This document shows, one piece after another, positions 35,421-50,664 of a stretch of 64,000 bases of DNA (positions are counted from its first letter, which is position 1; every line of letters starts with the position of its first letter). A program made the position numbers and the translations under genes. The notes beneath the pieces were generated by a model. The model had not been told where the DNA came from. It made no database searches and was given only the letters and a program-made list of their open reading frames with translations. The stretch comes from the human T2T-CHM13v2.0 reference genome, Homo sapiens. The stretch lies in the NCBI RefSeq assembly GCF_009914755.1, contig NC_060928.1. One strand, written 5' to 3'.

Positions 35421-38400
35421 CTATATATCTCAATGAGGTGGTAAATGGTCTTGTCTGTTACTTGTACTAATTAGTTTTAAAAGTTAAGACTGGTCTCATA
35501 TGCATTTTGGGCAAGGAGTGTCCAAATCTATTCTTAGAGCTGAAACTTCTTGTCATTTTGTCATAGAAGTCACCATATGTAGTGAATTCCTGGTGTCTGG
35601 ACTTCATTGACTCAATAAATATCAGTTGTTATCTTTGGCATTCTTTTACCATCACATCTAAGAATTTCTGGGATGCTGGATCAGCTATGGGAGGTGATGA
35701 TCACCAACTCAGTTTCATTTATCTACTTACTATGCTACCATTTTGTACTCTGAGCAATAAATGGTTTAGTGGGCATTTTCTAAAGGCAGGCAGGCTTTTA
35801 ATAGTGAAACTGGAGATACTTGATACCACCTAGAGCTTCAAAAGCCACGCCCAAATAATGGAGTGTTCCTAAAGACTACACACTTTCATGTATACCTACA
35901 AGAGTTGGGAATAACAGAGATAAAATCTCTAGCTTCTCCCTATTCACTCTTATGTTCTCCACTTTCCCTCAGAGGCAATAAGGACCTGTATCAAGTTTTG
36001 CCTTTTATAATAACTCATTTCTTCCCTACACTAACCTTATGACTAAGTATCACTGATATTACAGGGTAGAACAATAATAATTTCAGGTAACATATTGCTT
36101 CAGACCATAAACGCAACTTTAGAACCACTTAAAGTTTTCTGACAGATTTGCATGCAATCTATACTCACTTTTCATATTTTTATACCTTCTATATTTTTTG
36201 TAACCCATGACAATTTTGTTTCTGTCCTTCATACTCTTAACCATGAAACCTAGAATAAACGGCAAGTTTAGCCAAGAGACATGGGAATGAAAATCTTTAG
36301 TCATAAAGGTTGAAAGATGGCCACATTATTGTGCAGACAACTAAAGTATCAAATAAATAAGTAGGAAATACAACAAAATGAGAGATAAGAGATGTGTGTG
36401 AGTGTTCACATATTGTCTGTAAGTTTATCTGTAGATAAGACATCAATTTAAGTGTATAGCAATAAAATGTAAATAAAAAGGAAGATTAAAGTAGCAGTTC
36501 AAAGAAACAGAGCTGTATGGATATTAAACATATGGTGAGTGATTTTATTATACCCTCTGGGTACTATTAGAACACTCACAAGTAATCTGATTACTTGTCC
36601 CATCTGGAATCCACAAAGCTTCAGGTTAGTTGCTATGTACCCAACTGCATGCCCTCAGAATAATTGGTGTTGTCTTACTTTTTTTCCTTATTAGCATTCT
36701 CTATCATCACCAAAAATGACATGGAAAGAGTACCCAAAGTGCATAACTGAAGCTGGCAAAGGAGTCTCATCTGTTATTTTTGTTTTATCTCATCAGCCCT
36801 TTCTTTTGAAGTTTTACAGAGGGATGAACATTTTATTTCATCTTGTCTCATCTAGTGGCTTAAGTTTAGAAGTTTTGCCAATTTGAAACACGTCGTAGTC
36901 TACATTCCAATCAATGTGGATATGAGTGTGTATGTGTGTGTGTGTATTGTATGCATCATTTATTGCAAGACAAAGACATTCTAAAACCTTTTTAATCAAT
37001 GAAGCCTTGAATTTGACTGGAACTTTTCTTTGTGTACCACTACACTTTCCCTAAAAGTTGTCTCTGCTTTAGACATTTGTTAGTAGTGCCAATTTGAGAG
37101 ACATTTGCCAAATAATGTGTGGATGAATTTTTAGCGCTTTCAAAGAAAAGAAACACAAGGTAGCCTAGGAATTTATAGGGAATCCATTATTTCTTTATGT
37201 ATTGTAATTAGACTAAATAAATGGCCCTTTAGTAACATTTTTTCCCCACCCTGCCCCTCTAACTTCCTTCTTTCTCTTGTTCTGTCTTCTTGCCTTTTGA
37301 GGTGTTAAAGCAATTAAGTAAAAAAAAAAAAAAGAAAAAGAAGCCTGACTTGTCATCTTTCATGGTGACTGGAAAATCAATATTCAGCCTCCTCCAGTCA
37401 GAGAAGGCTAGTAAATCCAAAGATTGGACCCTTTAACATGAACGATTTGCAAAACCAATTTACTGGGAATTACTTAAAAATGCCCATGCCAAATCTATTA
37501 GTTATAAGACTGAAAACTTATAAAATTTTATTCTAGCCTCATATTTTCCTATTTTGAATGCATGTAGGTTGATTTTCTTATTTGATATACATGCATTTAA
37601 TCACCATTAATTGTAGTTTCAAAATGTTCTCAGTCTGAATTTAATTTATGTTTAGCTTCCTCTCTTCTTTCATATTGTTTTAAATGTATTTTCTCCAAAA
37701 CTAGCTATCATCACTTTATTTTTTAATGTATTGATAAGGACTTTCATATTCAAACCAGCCTCTCTTAATCCGTAATTCAAAACAAAACAATGGAATTGGA
37801 GAAAGGAAAGATGTTTAACACCAACAAATTTCAAGTGAGACAGACAATATAAGATAGAATACAGGAGGAATCCCCAATAAATGTGAAGCAGATGAAGCTA
37901 GATTAAAACATTCCAATCTTTATAAGACTTCAACTTTATACCAATTAGAATATGGGTACCAGCCGACTTCTATGTGAATGATTTTGGGGATGAGGGGGAA
38001 ACAGACACTGAAATTTCATTTTCCTCACACAGCAAAGTCATATCTTCAAATCCATGCAGAGATATAAACTACATAGGAACTAAGCAGAAAATAAGAACAG
38101 GTTAATGAATGTGAGGCAGACATATCAGAACACAATAAGTAAATTCTTGGCAGGTCATTTTAGACAAGGGGCTATGCAGATAAAGCCTGAGATGGCACCA
38201 GAGAAGGGTATTTAGCTACCAGTGTAGTGTATAATAGACAAATAGACAGTCAAAACACTCATCTGCTATTTTTACCAATAAGGAATCCAGATTAATCTTT
38301 CCTATTGCTATAATGAGTTATCAAAATGTAACAAAAACACAGCCTAGAGAGATATACTGAAGAACAAACAGAACTGCATTTAATTTTCTTTGACAAATCC

Positions 38401-38461
38401 AATTTTGTAATTATTTTCTCAGGTTTTTAATTTCAATGTGACTTTAACATTTATTCATTTA

Positions 38462-38809
<348 letters not shown>

Positions 38810-38907
38810 CTAAATTTACACATATTGATTCATGAAACATTGCTCAGGAATAATATAGTTGCATTTTTATTTCTTTATATTTATATATAAACAATAATGT
38901 AATCATC

Positions 38908-39238
<331 letters not shown>

Positions 39239-39479
39239 TAAATAATTTATTTCAAGACATGGATTTTATTTGCTTATATATGCCTATATACTAATATATA
39301 TAATTTATACAAATTAATATTTTTAAAATATATATATATAAATATATGGTTTTAGGAAGACATTTTTAAGTATGGTATATTTTATTAAAATAGAAATCAT
39401 CAGAAAAATGTTTGCATTTATAAGGTAACATATATATACTTAAACTGTGTGTATGTGCGTGTGCACGTGCTTATTTTAA

Positions 39480-39957
39480 GTATTGTGGTCACTGTGGAAT
39501 GCTTCCTAAAAGCCAGTTGTAGCCTACTGATTCACTTAACTTTCTTTATTATAGAGATAGAAAAGATATTCATCTTTGTGCATTGCCTGTCATTTAAGGG
39601 TGGCCAGATATCATAGTTCTGGCCAATGTGATACAAGCAGAAGTACTTCAGAGAGTTATCTTTTTTCATCAAGATTTAATGAAAAGATGGTTTGGGTCCT
39701 TTCATTTTTATCTTTCCTGAAACATAGACATAAAGCTTAGAGGCAAAATAGCCATCTTGCAAAAACCATACACCAAAAATGGAAGGGCAAGATCTGAGAA
39801 AGAGCTGAGGTCACATAATGATACTAGAATAATATATCTACCCTGGCCTGCCTCCCTCTGAGGTCCTCATTGTTGAAATGAATAAATCTATTATTGTTTA
39901 AGCCACAGCATTACAATTTTCTGTTTCGTCCATCAAAAAGCAATTCTAACTTATATA
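39480..39957 (+). mobile_element. Old MaLR LTR (MLT1J/K-like)
   Basis: agttctggccaatg..agcagaagt, gccatcttgc, ttgtttaagccac motifs. Confidence 0.65.
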
Positions 39958-40617
39958 ACTAGCATATAAATTCTGAAAGCTTTCTTGACTAATTGTATTT
40001 TAATAAAATATATTATTCTATAAATACTTCCCTGAAAGCCTATGAATAGAAAATATATTTTAAAGAATAATAACTTCAGAAAATAGTACTTTCAATTTTT
40101 AAATTTTTCCATTGCCAGTATTTTATAATAGTGGCTATGTTGGTTAAACTAAATATCTACAAGTAAAATTTTTATTTTTATTTTTTTCTGTGAACTTTAC
40201 TATAGTATGATTCTCACATGCTGGCTTAAATTTTACTTGCCATAACCTGAAACATGCCTTTTATCAAAATAAAGTCATGAAATATTAAAATCAGAAATTA
40301 ATATTGAAATCAGCAAACATCTGTTGATTGCTTAATATGGTACTAAATTAGGCTTTCTTGAGAACAAAAAATATAACATATATTATTTGTCATGAGATAA
40401 TGTAAAATGAAGCTTCATATGATCAAAGAAAGCAAGAGCAACATGCCAAACTCTCCACAAAAAGAATTACCATAAGACAAACTGCTGTAACAAGCCCCTC
40501 TTGGACATCACATTTTTCTGATGAACTACAGTCTTTTTTGGTAAAATGAATATCAACTTTGGCTGAAGATGTTCCTGCTGGTCTTTGGCTCTTGAGCACT
40601 GACATTACTAATGATGA

Positions 40618-40976
40618 TTTTATTTTTTTTAATTTTTATTTATTTTATTTTACTTTTTAGAGATGGGGTCTCACTCTGTCACCCAGACTGAAGTACAGTG
40701 GCAGAATCATTCCTCCCTGCAGCCTCCAACGCTTGGGCCCAAGCTATCATCCCACCTCAGCCTCCTGAGTAGCTAGGATGACACCTAGTGTGCACACCAC
40801 CGCACCTGTGGTTTTTTTTTGTTTGTTTTTTGTTTTTTGTTTTTTTTTTAAGATACAGAGGGGTATGTGTCTCCTTATATGACTCAGGCTGGTCTCAAAC
40901 ACCTAGCCTCAAGCAATCCCCCCGCTTTGGCTTCCCATAATGCTAGGATAGCAAGCATGAATCACCACTCCTGGTC
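40618..40976 (-). mobile_element. AluJ with expanded central T tract
   Basis: ttttagagatggggtctcactctg..ctgcagcctcc..cctcaagcaatcc. Confidence 0.9.
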
Positions 40977-42749
40977 CCCAGTATTTCTTTTGTATTGATT
41001 AATTCATGTCACATTTTTATAACATTTAACATTTGCAGCAATATTAATTCAAATGAATAAACTAAGTTGCAAACATCATGGTACACTGTAGTACCATGCA
41101 ACTGTATCAAAGATGTCTAACCCTTTAATATGTCAACACTGCCCACACCTATGGCCAACCACCTCTTCATAGATTACCAAGGAAAAGAAATCATAGGTAA
41201 ATGTTATGAAATATACGCATGTAACAGACTAACATGGCTGAACTAGATAATTGATTTTAGAGACATTGGTGAGGTAAATCTGTAATGACCAATTGAATCT
41301 GGTTTCATCCCTTGTCAACTGTATTTTATTCACAATTTTGAGAATAGGTGAGGCATAGTATAATTTGATTGTGAACATAAATCTGGTGCCTGTGAATAGG
41401 AAAAAAAGACTGGATAAATATTAGGAGGGATATGGAGAGGTGAAAAAGAATGAAGAATATTAAATAGTTCCCATCTGCACTGCATAATTTCTCAGTACAT
41501 TATTTTAATTAATTCCATACAGTACCATAATTGTATATTTTTGTACACTTTCAGTCATTTGTCAAAAGTACTTTATGGTTTTTTTTTTAACAGTTTTTCT
41601 ACAATGCCTACTTTATTTCAGAAATCAGGCACTTAATACAAATTCATTGAAGATTGAACCAATTTTATTTTTCTTCACAGACATAATTTTACTTCTTTTT
41701 AATTTTTTTCATAGTTTTTGATGGATGGGAGACTTTTCTAATTTAAATGAAATGGAAATTGTTTTAGGTCAAATGTATAATTGTGCTAAATCTTTCCATG
41801 TTTGATAAGCTATTCAGCAATAAATTTGTACACTATTTAGCCAGTATTCCTAGACACTTTATCATCTCCTTTTTCTAGTAAAGCATTTGAATCCTAGGAT
41901 CCAGCAAAAGATAACACTTATAATTTAATATGTCAATAAAAGATACACAATTTAATTTAAAAAGGCTACTGTAACCAGTTTGACTATAACATATTATAGC
42001 TATCATTGAAATAGATGAAAGATAGTAGATTAAATACTTTATGGTAATTTTATGGTATTGAGATTTGTTTTCTTGTCACAGCTGAACTGAGATTTCTTAT
42101 CACATAGCTATAAAAGAGATTTCTAGATTTACATATCTAATATTTGCATTATAAAAATAAAGCACCACAATTATTTGCTTATCAAGGGTATCCATAACAA
42201 ATATGCAATAACATAAACATACCCAAATGATTGACAGACTTTTTCAGTTTGCATCCTGATATTGTTTTACTTCTGTCATAGACATGATATATGGTTGAAG
42301 TCTGAAGGCATGGTAAGGGAAAATGGAAGAAAAAAAAGCAAATATAACAAAGACCTCGTATTATCACTTATTTGGGCTTACTAATCATCAATTTCCTGCA
42401 TTAAGACTATTTAAAAAAAATCTGTGAGAATAAGTACATTTCCATGAAAATGTGGTAAACGACAAAAATATACCATGATCAATTATCAAACAATAAGGCG
42501 TTATTGAAGAATTATAATGTCTGCTTCTATATGGCAGATACATTACCATTAAAACTTTTTGTATAGTAATTACCAAAAAATAAACTTCCACGTGGGAAAA
42601 TTATGCTTGCATAAAACAAAGTTAATGCATTTTATCCATCTAGTAGCATTTGTCATTGACCCTGTTTTTTAAAAATTGCAGTACTTGAAGCATTTTAATA
42701 GCATTCACTTGCTTTTGGCGTTTTCAACATATTTATATCATTCATATTG

Positions 42750-43228
42750 TCCAGAATCTTTCCAGAATCATTTTCTACATCGTATTCTGTGCCTGAGGAG
42801 GCTGAACTTCATGGACTGAGTCAATAGGCTCTCTGACCCTTGAACTTCTCACTGGATTTAGGCCGTCTGAAGAGAAAATTAGGGGGCAGGCTGACAGTAA
42901 GGGTGAAGTATATTCCTGGCTCATTTTTTGTCTGGTTGCAGACTAGCTATGGCTAATTCGCAACTGAAGTTGTAGTTCCTGTCAGGTGGCCATCTGAGAC
43001 TACAGCATTCCCTTCAGGTTGTGGGAATCTCTCCATCTTCCTCACTCTTTGAAGATGAGAGGTGATGATACTCTTCAACCCGTTAGGCCTAGCATGGAGG
43101 GTTCATCATTCCTTGCTGGTTTTCCTTCACCATGCTCAGACCTTTGTAAATATCATTTTATTCAACGCCCTTTAATTACTACATTTGAGGATGGCAAACT
43201 GCTTCTGTCCAGAACTTGAACTGTTACA
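42750..43228 (+). mobile_element. LTR33-like (ERVL) LTR
   Basis: ctgtgcctgaggaggctgaac..atggactg; ends gaactgttaCA. Confidence 0.6.
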
Positions 43229-43379
43229 TTTTTCTTGAATTTAGTATAGTATTTTTATATTGGACAATATCATAATTCAAATATCCAACATTATCAGAAA
43301 AGTAAGAATGCTGGATTTTTAGTATACTGACTTATAAGCACATGAGTAACCGACCTTCAGTAAATACTCATTACACATT

Positions 43380-43800
43380 TGCCTGCTAACTTAGGGTATA
43401 GTTAATCAAAGTTAACTTTTTTGATGAGTAGAGTCATTATCAATTAAATATTTTATTAACACTTATAGTTTAAACTTTAGGTACAAATATAGATGTCATG
43501 GATCAACAGATGTTAGATGTTAAAAGGGACAGTGCAAAATTGTCTTCTAGGGAAGCTTATCATTTGTACTACCACTAACATCATAAGAAAATAAATATTT
43601 CTAAGCAGTAACAGAATGGATTTTGTATATATTTTTTTTAATTTTGTCAGTCAAGTAACAAAAAGTAGCATCTTAGTATTGTTTTAATTAGTATTTTGGT
43701 TGCTAGTGAAGTTGGATATATTTTTATGTGCATATTGACAATGTGCATTATTTTTTAGTGAAATGTCTCCTCACAGTTTTATTCATTTATGTTGGAGTAA
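43380..43800 (-). mobile_element. Ancient L1ME-type fragment
   Basis: gcatcttagtattgttttaatt..gctagtgaagttgga..gtgaaatgtctcctcaca. Confidence 0.55.
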
Positions 43801-43849
43801 TTAAGCTTTTAGACGGCTCTGATGACCAAGATTTTATTGAAGGCAAACT

Positions 43850-44480
43850 ATAAATTATGATGTTTTCCATTGATATAAGGTAGACGTGGAGGACATTCTT
43901 GAGCGAAGATGATGAGTTTTGTTTTGGACAAATGATACATTTGTGGGTACCCATGGATGTCATTTATATGACATGGGTAGATGGATGGGTAGTTGATTAT
44001 ACAGTATATTAGAGCTTGGTAAAGAGTTTTGTACTGTAAATATAAATTTGTGAAAGTTCAGAGTACATAAAATATAAATAATCTAAATGATTAGTGTGTA
44101 AAGTGATTTTTTAAAAGTACAATATTATAAAGAATACCAACTTAATGGCTTTGGAAAGAAGTTCATGTAGAAGAGGCAGAAGGAATAGAAAAATTAAAAG
44201 CATGTAATGTCATAGAAAGTGAGAGAAAATGTTATCACATATTGGGAAAAGTCAAATATAATGGAAACAAAAAATTGCAATTTTTTAATTAACAAAAATG
44301 TTTCCTTAGTGACTGTGTTGAGAGACATTTTAGTGTTATGGCAGAACTAGCAACATGAGAACTTGAAGAACGAATGAAAGGTAAGTGACTGAAGATGAGG
44401 GTGTAAAAAATGTCATGAAAGGTCTTTTATTGTGAAGGAAAATTGAGACAGTTTTATTTGCAGGAAGTTATGGAACTGAG
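43850..44480 (-). mobile_element. L2 fragment
   Basis: gaagatgatgagttttgttttggaca; gggtagttgattata. Confidence 0.6.
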
Positions 44481-44899
44481 GGAGTTCAGGTTAGTGTTTC
44501 CAAAAAATTAAACTGTAAACAGAATTGAGCATATTTTAATTCATTAAGAATTAAATAAGACTTAATTGAGACTTAATTATTAATGAAGAAACTAAGTGTG
44601 TCAGAAAACTACAAGCAACAATAGACAAGGGGTGACTGATAGAGTTATGTAACAGAGAGAACAGGAGGGTATAAGATCCAGGGCATAAATAGAAAACTAA
44701 ACTTGCTAACACAAATGACTTGCAAATCGTTGGTAAAGATACAATTATGTGTGTCTGTGCAAAAGAATTAAGATAAGTGAATAATATTAGTTTGATGGTA
44801 AGTAGATTCTCTGGAAAATATAAATTAATTTTCCTAAACATGAGGGGAAAATGAGGTGGGTGATAAGATTGAAGATTTGGGTATTGTAGGAAAGTTTAA

Positions 44900-45047
44900 A
44901 GTAATTTCTGAGGACAAGCAGCAGACTGGGAGAAAACATTTGCAAAGCACTTATCTGGTAAAAGATTTGTATCCAGAATACGCACACAAAAAAATGTCAT
45001 GACTCAATAAGAAGACACACAACCCAATTTAAAAATTGACAAAAATA
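44900..45047 (+). mobile_element. Old L1 ORF2 fragment
   Basis: agactgggagaaaacatttgcaa..gtatccagaata. Confidence 0.7.
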
Positions 45048-45125
45048 GGCCCAACGCAGTGGCTTATACCTGTAATTCCAGCACTTTGGGAGACCAAGGA
45101 GGGTGGATAAAAGAAAAGAAAAAGT
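45048..45125 (+). mobile_element. Alu 5' fragment (about 60 bp) followed by an A-rich tract
   Basis: ggcccaacgcagtggcttatacctgtaattccagcactttgggag..gtggat then aaaagaaaagaa. Confidence 0.8.
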
Positions 45126-45404
45126 TATTCAATGTTAATATGGGTTATTGAAGGACACTGTAATCTTTCCTGGAAATTTCTGAGGTTAGAACTAGTCTTT
45201 TGTATTTCAGGATGGTTTTCAGGCCAGTTTCATTAATAATTGATAATAGGTTAACTTATAAAACAAAGTTAGGTTGGTAGAGATTAATCAAAGTATTAAT
45301 CCATAGAAAAAATAATTATTTCTCCTTTTCAGAATACTATAAATTCAGTGTTTTCTTAACACTCATATATCTGCAAGGTGAGTCAGAAGAAATGTTGTTC
45401 TGAA

Positions 45405-47545
45405 GGGGTGATGTTTATAAGATGGCACAATAGGAAATTTTGAACTCTCCCCGCCGCCATGAACACACCAGTTCAACAACAATACACAGAAAAAAAAACA
45501 AAAAACATCCCTCTATAAACAATTCCGAAACTTGTTGAGAGGCTATTGGAAATGGGACAGCATGAAGCCAGTCACACTGAAGCTGGTGGGGACACAGCGC
45601 CATGCAATCAGGAAGAAAGCCCTGATTCCCAGCTTTTCTGTGGGGTTGGAAAAAGTTGGACTGCATTTTCAATTTTCAAATTTTTCAAGGGTTTCCAAGG
45701 CTCTGGCTTTTGTCTTGCCTGTGTCAGAGTACTGACGGTATCTAGCATACTGTAGATGCCTGGGAGCCACAGAAGAAAGATGGTATTTTTTACTAACATA
45801 CAAGCACTCATTTTAGTCCGTCTTCCTTGCTCAATGTGGCATGAGTGGGTGAAAAATCACATATTACATCTTTTCCCTGAAGAAGAAGAGAGTTGTACCA
45901 TTTATCTAATATTCCAAGTCGTTCTGCCTGAGGGAGAGAGTATATCTTAATTTCTGAAATTGCTGGTGGTACTTGACATACTCTAGATGCTTTAGAGTCA
46001 CTGAAAACTAAGAAGGCAATTTCAACTAGCATGAAGTTAAAGGAGTTCAGAGCCTCTGGCTGGGCTGATTGATGAGGATTTTCTTCTGTAAAGGCCAGCT
46101 TATGAAGACTGAGAGAGGTGGCTTTTTTTTTTCTAATGTACATACTAATACAAAGAGCCAAAGAGTACAAATAGAGGACAGAGAAAAATGTCCCAAACAA
46201 AGGGAAAAAAAATGAATCTCCTGAAGCTGACCATAATAAAATGTAGATATTTAATTTACATGACAAAGAATTTAAAATAACCATCAAAAACATATATAGT
46301 GAGGTCAGGAGAAAAATGGACAAAGTAAGAATTTCAACTGATAGAAAATATAAAACAGAAATCTTGAAGCTGAAGAATACAACAACTGAACTGAAAAATC
46401 TACTAGAACAGTTCAAGAGCAGACTGGATCAAATAGAGAAAAGATTGATAAACACTGGTCATCAGAAATTATCCAGTCAGAATAGCAAAAAGAAAAAAGA
46501 ATAATGAAAACTTAAGAGACTTAAAGGACTCCATCACATGGAATTCCATGATGGAATTCTCAGAAGAAGAGAAAGAAAAGGAAGATATTTTATTCAAAGA
46601 AATAATGACCAAAACTTCCCAAATCTGGGGAAGAAAATGAGCATTCAAATCCACAATTCCAACAGACCCAAATAAGGTGAAGACAAAGAAATCCACACTG
46701 AGGCACATAAGTGAATTGTCAAAAGTCAAAGACAATGATAATTTTCAAAGTAGCAAAAATAAATGATTTGCCATGTACTGGATAATTCCTTAAGACTATC
46801 AGTGCATTTCTAAGCAGAAATCTTGCAGGCTAGAAGATAATGACAGGACACAGTCCAAGTGCTGAAAGAAGAAAGCTACCCACCAAGAACGTAATACATA
46901 GAGACACTGTCCTTCAAAAATGAAGGGGAGATAAAGATGAAAGGTAGGTTAAAAAAAAGAGAATAGATCACGTTAGGTCACAAAACACACCTTAACAAAC
47001 CTGAGAAAAATTAATCACACCAAGTGTCTTTTCTAAACACAATGAAACTAGAAATCAGTAGGAGAAGAACAACTAAGAAATTCTCAAGTATTGGAAATTT
47101 TTGATTTCATTGCATCAAGGAGAAACAGAAGAGGGGAATTAGAAAATATCTCCACCCAAATTAAAATGAAAACACAATATACCAAAGCTTATGAAACACA
47201 GCAAAAGCAGGCTAAGAGGGAAGTGTATAGTTATAAATGCTCACATAAAAAAATAAGAGTGCAGATAAACAATCTAACTTTATATTAAAGAAATGAAGAA
47301 CAAGAACTAGAACTAGAAAATGAAGAACAAACTAAGCCTAAAAGTAGCAGAAGGAAGAAAATAATAAAAATTAGAATAGAAATAAGTGAAATAACTAACA
47401 GAAAAACAATAGAAAAAATCAGCAAAACAGAGTTTATTTTCTGAAAAGATGAACACAATTGATAAGCCTTTAACTAGACTAAAAAAAATAAAAAAGACTC
47501 AAATAAGAACAGAAATTTAAAAGGAGGTACTATAATTGATACACA
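45405..47545 (+). mobile_element. Old L1 (L1M2-M4 type): 5'UTR, ORF1 and part of ORF2, internally deleted
   Basis: Starts ggggtgatg..aagatggc; ORF1 coiled-coil peptide EILKLKNTTTELKN..RLDQIEKR; jumps into ORF2 at about 46960. Confidence 0.8.
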
Positions 47546-48445
47546 ACCTAGGTATGGTCATCTGACAGCCAACTCAAGCAAATTTTGAGGATATTTGTGC
47601 TTTCTAGTGAGTAGAAAAATAGTATTACTTTGCATTTACATATTTTTTCTCTCCCTCTCTATTTTATGATTATTTAAATAACTTATTTACGTTTTATTAG
47701 TTATTAGTTGATATAAAATTATTAAAGTAGGGTCAGCTTCCCTGTGGGACTGGGGCATGGCTGTCTTCCAGTCCTACCTGCCTGTCATCCCCTCCCAGGG
47801 CTACTGACTTGCTATCCCACTGGAGTGTGTACACAGTGCGGCTTCTGCTGCACAGCCTGTGTGCTTTGCTTCACTTGAGTGTGTTTTGGCTGACTGGGCA
47901 CCCTTTGGATCTCACAGTGCAACAGGAACCCAACCTCAGTGGTCCTGAGGAGGGTGCCCTGAGCAGGTCCTGGTGCCCCAAGGCAGTGGTCCATGGCTAG
48001 GGAGTGCTGAGCTGGTATCTGCCTGGCACTCAAGCGGGAGAGGAGGCCACACTCTCAAAAAACTCAGAGGGTGAGTAACAGGGGTTCGTGGGCTGGTGTT
48101 GGACCTAGGCATGCTTCTCCATTGGGCTGGTCCTTAACAGGCCTCTGCCCAGGAGAGTTCCACGGCCTGAAACACCTAACAACAACAACAACAAGAAATA
48201 ATGAGCCCAATGCCAGTGATCAAAGTTGGCTCCTACAAAGCCCATGAATAGACTGGTGACAGGGTCACTTCTCTCTCCCTTGCACTGCAAAGCATAGCTG
48301 TAAACATAACGATATACAAAGGAGCTGAGCAGCTGTTTATTTCCCACCCAGTGCCCTCAAGCTCCATCTACTGGTTTGTGGCCTATACTACAACACCAAA
48401 AAGCACTTTGTTAATTCTCCCCACTGTGAAACCCAGGGCAAGAAT

Positions 48446-49406
48446 GAACTACCATCAGAATGAACAGGCAACCTACAGGATGGGAGAAAATTTTTGCAAT
48501 CTACTCATCTGACAAAGGGCTAATATCCAGAATCTAAAATGAACTCCAACAAATTTACAAGAAAAAAACAACCCCATCAAAAAGTAGGTGAAGGATATGA
48601 ACAGACACTTCTCAAAAGAAGACATTTATGCAGCCAAAAGACACATGAAAAAATGCTCATCATCACTGGCCATCAGAGAAATGCCCATCAAAACAACGAG
48701 ATACCATCTCACACCAGTTAGAACGGTGATCATTATTAAAAAGTCAGGAAACAATAGGTGCTGGAGAGGATGTGGAGAAATAGGAACACTTTTACACTGT
48801 TGGTGGGACTGTAAACTAGTTCAACCATTGTGGGTATCAGTGTGGCGATTCCTCAGGGACCTAGAACTAGAAATACCATTTGACCCAGCCATCCCATTAC
48901 TGGGTATATACCCAAAGGATTATGAAACATGCTGCTATAAAGACACATATGTTTATTGTGGCACTATTCACAATAGCAAAGACTTGGAACCAACCCAAAT
49001 GTCCAACAATGATAGACTGGATTAAGAAAATGTGGCACATATACACCATGGAATACTATGCAGCCATAAAAAATGATGAGTTCATGTCCTTTGTAGGGAC
49101 ATGGATGAAGCTGGAAACCATCATTCTCAGCAAACTATCGCAAGGACCAAAAACCAAACACCGCATGTTCTCACTCATAGGTGGGAATTGAACAATGAGA
49201 ATACATGGGCACAGGAAGGGGAACATCACACACTGGGGCCTGTTGTGGGTTGGAAGGAGGGGGGAGGGATAGCATTAGGAGATATACCTAATGTTAGATG
49301 ACAATTTAATTGGTGCAGCACACCAACATGGCACATGTATACATATGTAACTAACCTGCACGTTGTGCACATGTACCCTAAAACTTAAAGTATAATAATA
49401 AAAAAA
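48446..49406 (+). mobile_element. Young 5'-truncated L1PA (PA3-5 type)
   Basis: ORF2 C-terminus [15 protein letters not shown]; 3'UTR ends accctaaaacttaaagtataataataaaa. Confidence 0.95.
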
Positions 49407-50299
49407 GGAAAGTGTATAGCCTAAACGCCTTCTTCAAGAAGTTAGATCTTAAATCAACAGTCCAACTCTGCATCTAAAGGAGCTATGAAAAAAGGACAAA
49501 CCAAAACCATAGCTAGCAGAAGAAAATAAATAACTAAAATTGGAGTATATAATAAGATTGAGATGCAAAAATCCATATAAAAGATCAATAAAACAAGAGT
49601 TGGCTCTTCAAAAAATAAATAAGATTGATAGATCATTGGCTAGATTAACACAGAAAATGAAAAAGAAGATCCAAATAAGCACAATCAGTAATAACAAAGG
49701 CAATATTACAACTGATCCCACAGAAATACAATAGATCCTCAGGGTCTACTGTTAACAACTCTATGCACACAAATTAGAAAACCTAGAGGAAATGGATAAA
49801 TTCCTGGAAGCACAATATCTCCCAAGATTGAATCAGGAAGAGATTAAAACCCTGAATAAACCGATATCAACTTCTGAAATTAAATCCATAATAACCTACC
49901 CACAAAATAAAGCCCTTGACTATATGGATTCACAGCTAAATTCTATAAGATGTACAAAGAAAAACTGATACAATCCTACTAAAATTATTTCAAAAAATCA
50001 AGGAATAAGGGCTCCTCCCTGACTCACTCTATGAAGCCAGCATCATCAGCCTAATACCAAAAACTGGCAGAGACACAATGAAAAAAAGAAAATCTTTGAC
50101 AAATATCCCTGATTAATATAGACCAAAAAGTCCTCAATAAAATAATAGTAAATCAAATCCAGGAACACATCAACAAGTTAATACACCACAATCTAGAAGG
50201 CTTTATTCCTGGGATGCAAGGCTCGTTCAGCATACACAAATCAACAAATCAGGTATGAGAAAGAAATAAAAGGCATCCAAATAGGAAAATAATTCAAAC

Positions 50300-50664
50300 T
50301 GTTGTGGTCTAGCTATCTATGTCTGGACCCAAATTTTATCTTGAATTGTAGCTACCATAATTCCCATGTGTCCTGGGAGGGACCCTGTGGGAGGTAATTG
50401 AATCATGGGAGCAAGTCTTTCCTGTGCTGTTCTCATATTGAATGAGTGTCACAAGATCTGATGGTTTTATAAAAGGGAGTTCCCCTGCACATGCCCTCTT
50501 GCCTGCCACCATGTAAGGCATGATTTTGCTCATCCTTTGCCTTCTGCCATGTTTGGGAGGTCTCCCCAGCCATGTGGAACTGTGAGTCAATTAAACCTCT
50601 TTCCTTTATAAATTACCCAGGCTCAGGTATGTCTTTATTAGCAGCGTGAGAACAGGCTAATCCA
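50300..50664 (+). mobile_element. THE1 (MaLR) solo LTR with perfect TSD CAAAC
   Basis: TG..CA termini; gtggaactgtgagtcaattaaacctc; TSD at 50295-50299 and 50665-50669. Confidence 0.93.

Noticed and set aside
35430-36100. Possible ERV or Gypsy internal fragment after MLT2
   Set aside because: No gag/pol motif could be recovered by eye; needs nhmmer against Dfam
45808-46416. 202-aa hydrophobic ORF resembling a membrane protein
   Set aside because: It is antisense to A-rich L1 ORF1; T-rich codons produce the Phe/Leu/Ser bias
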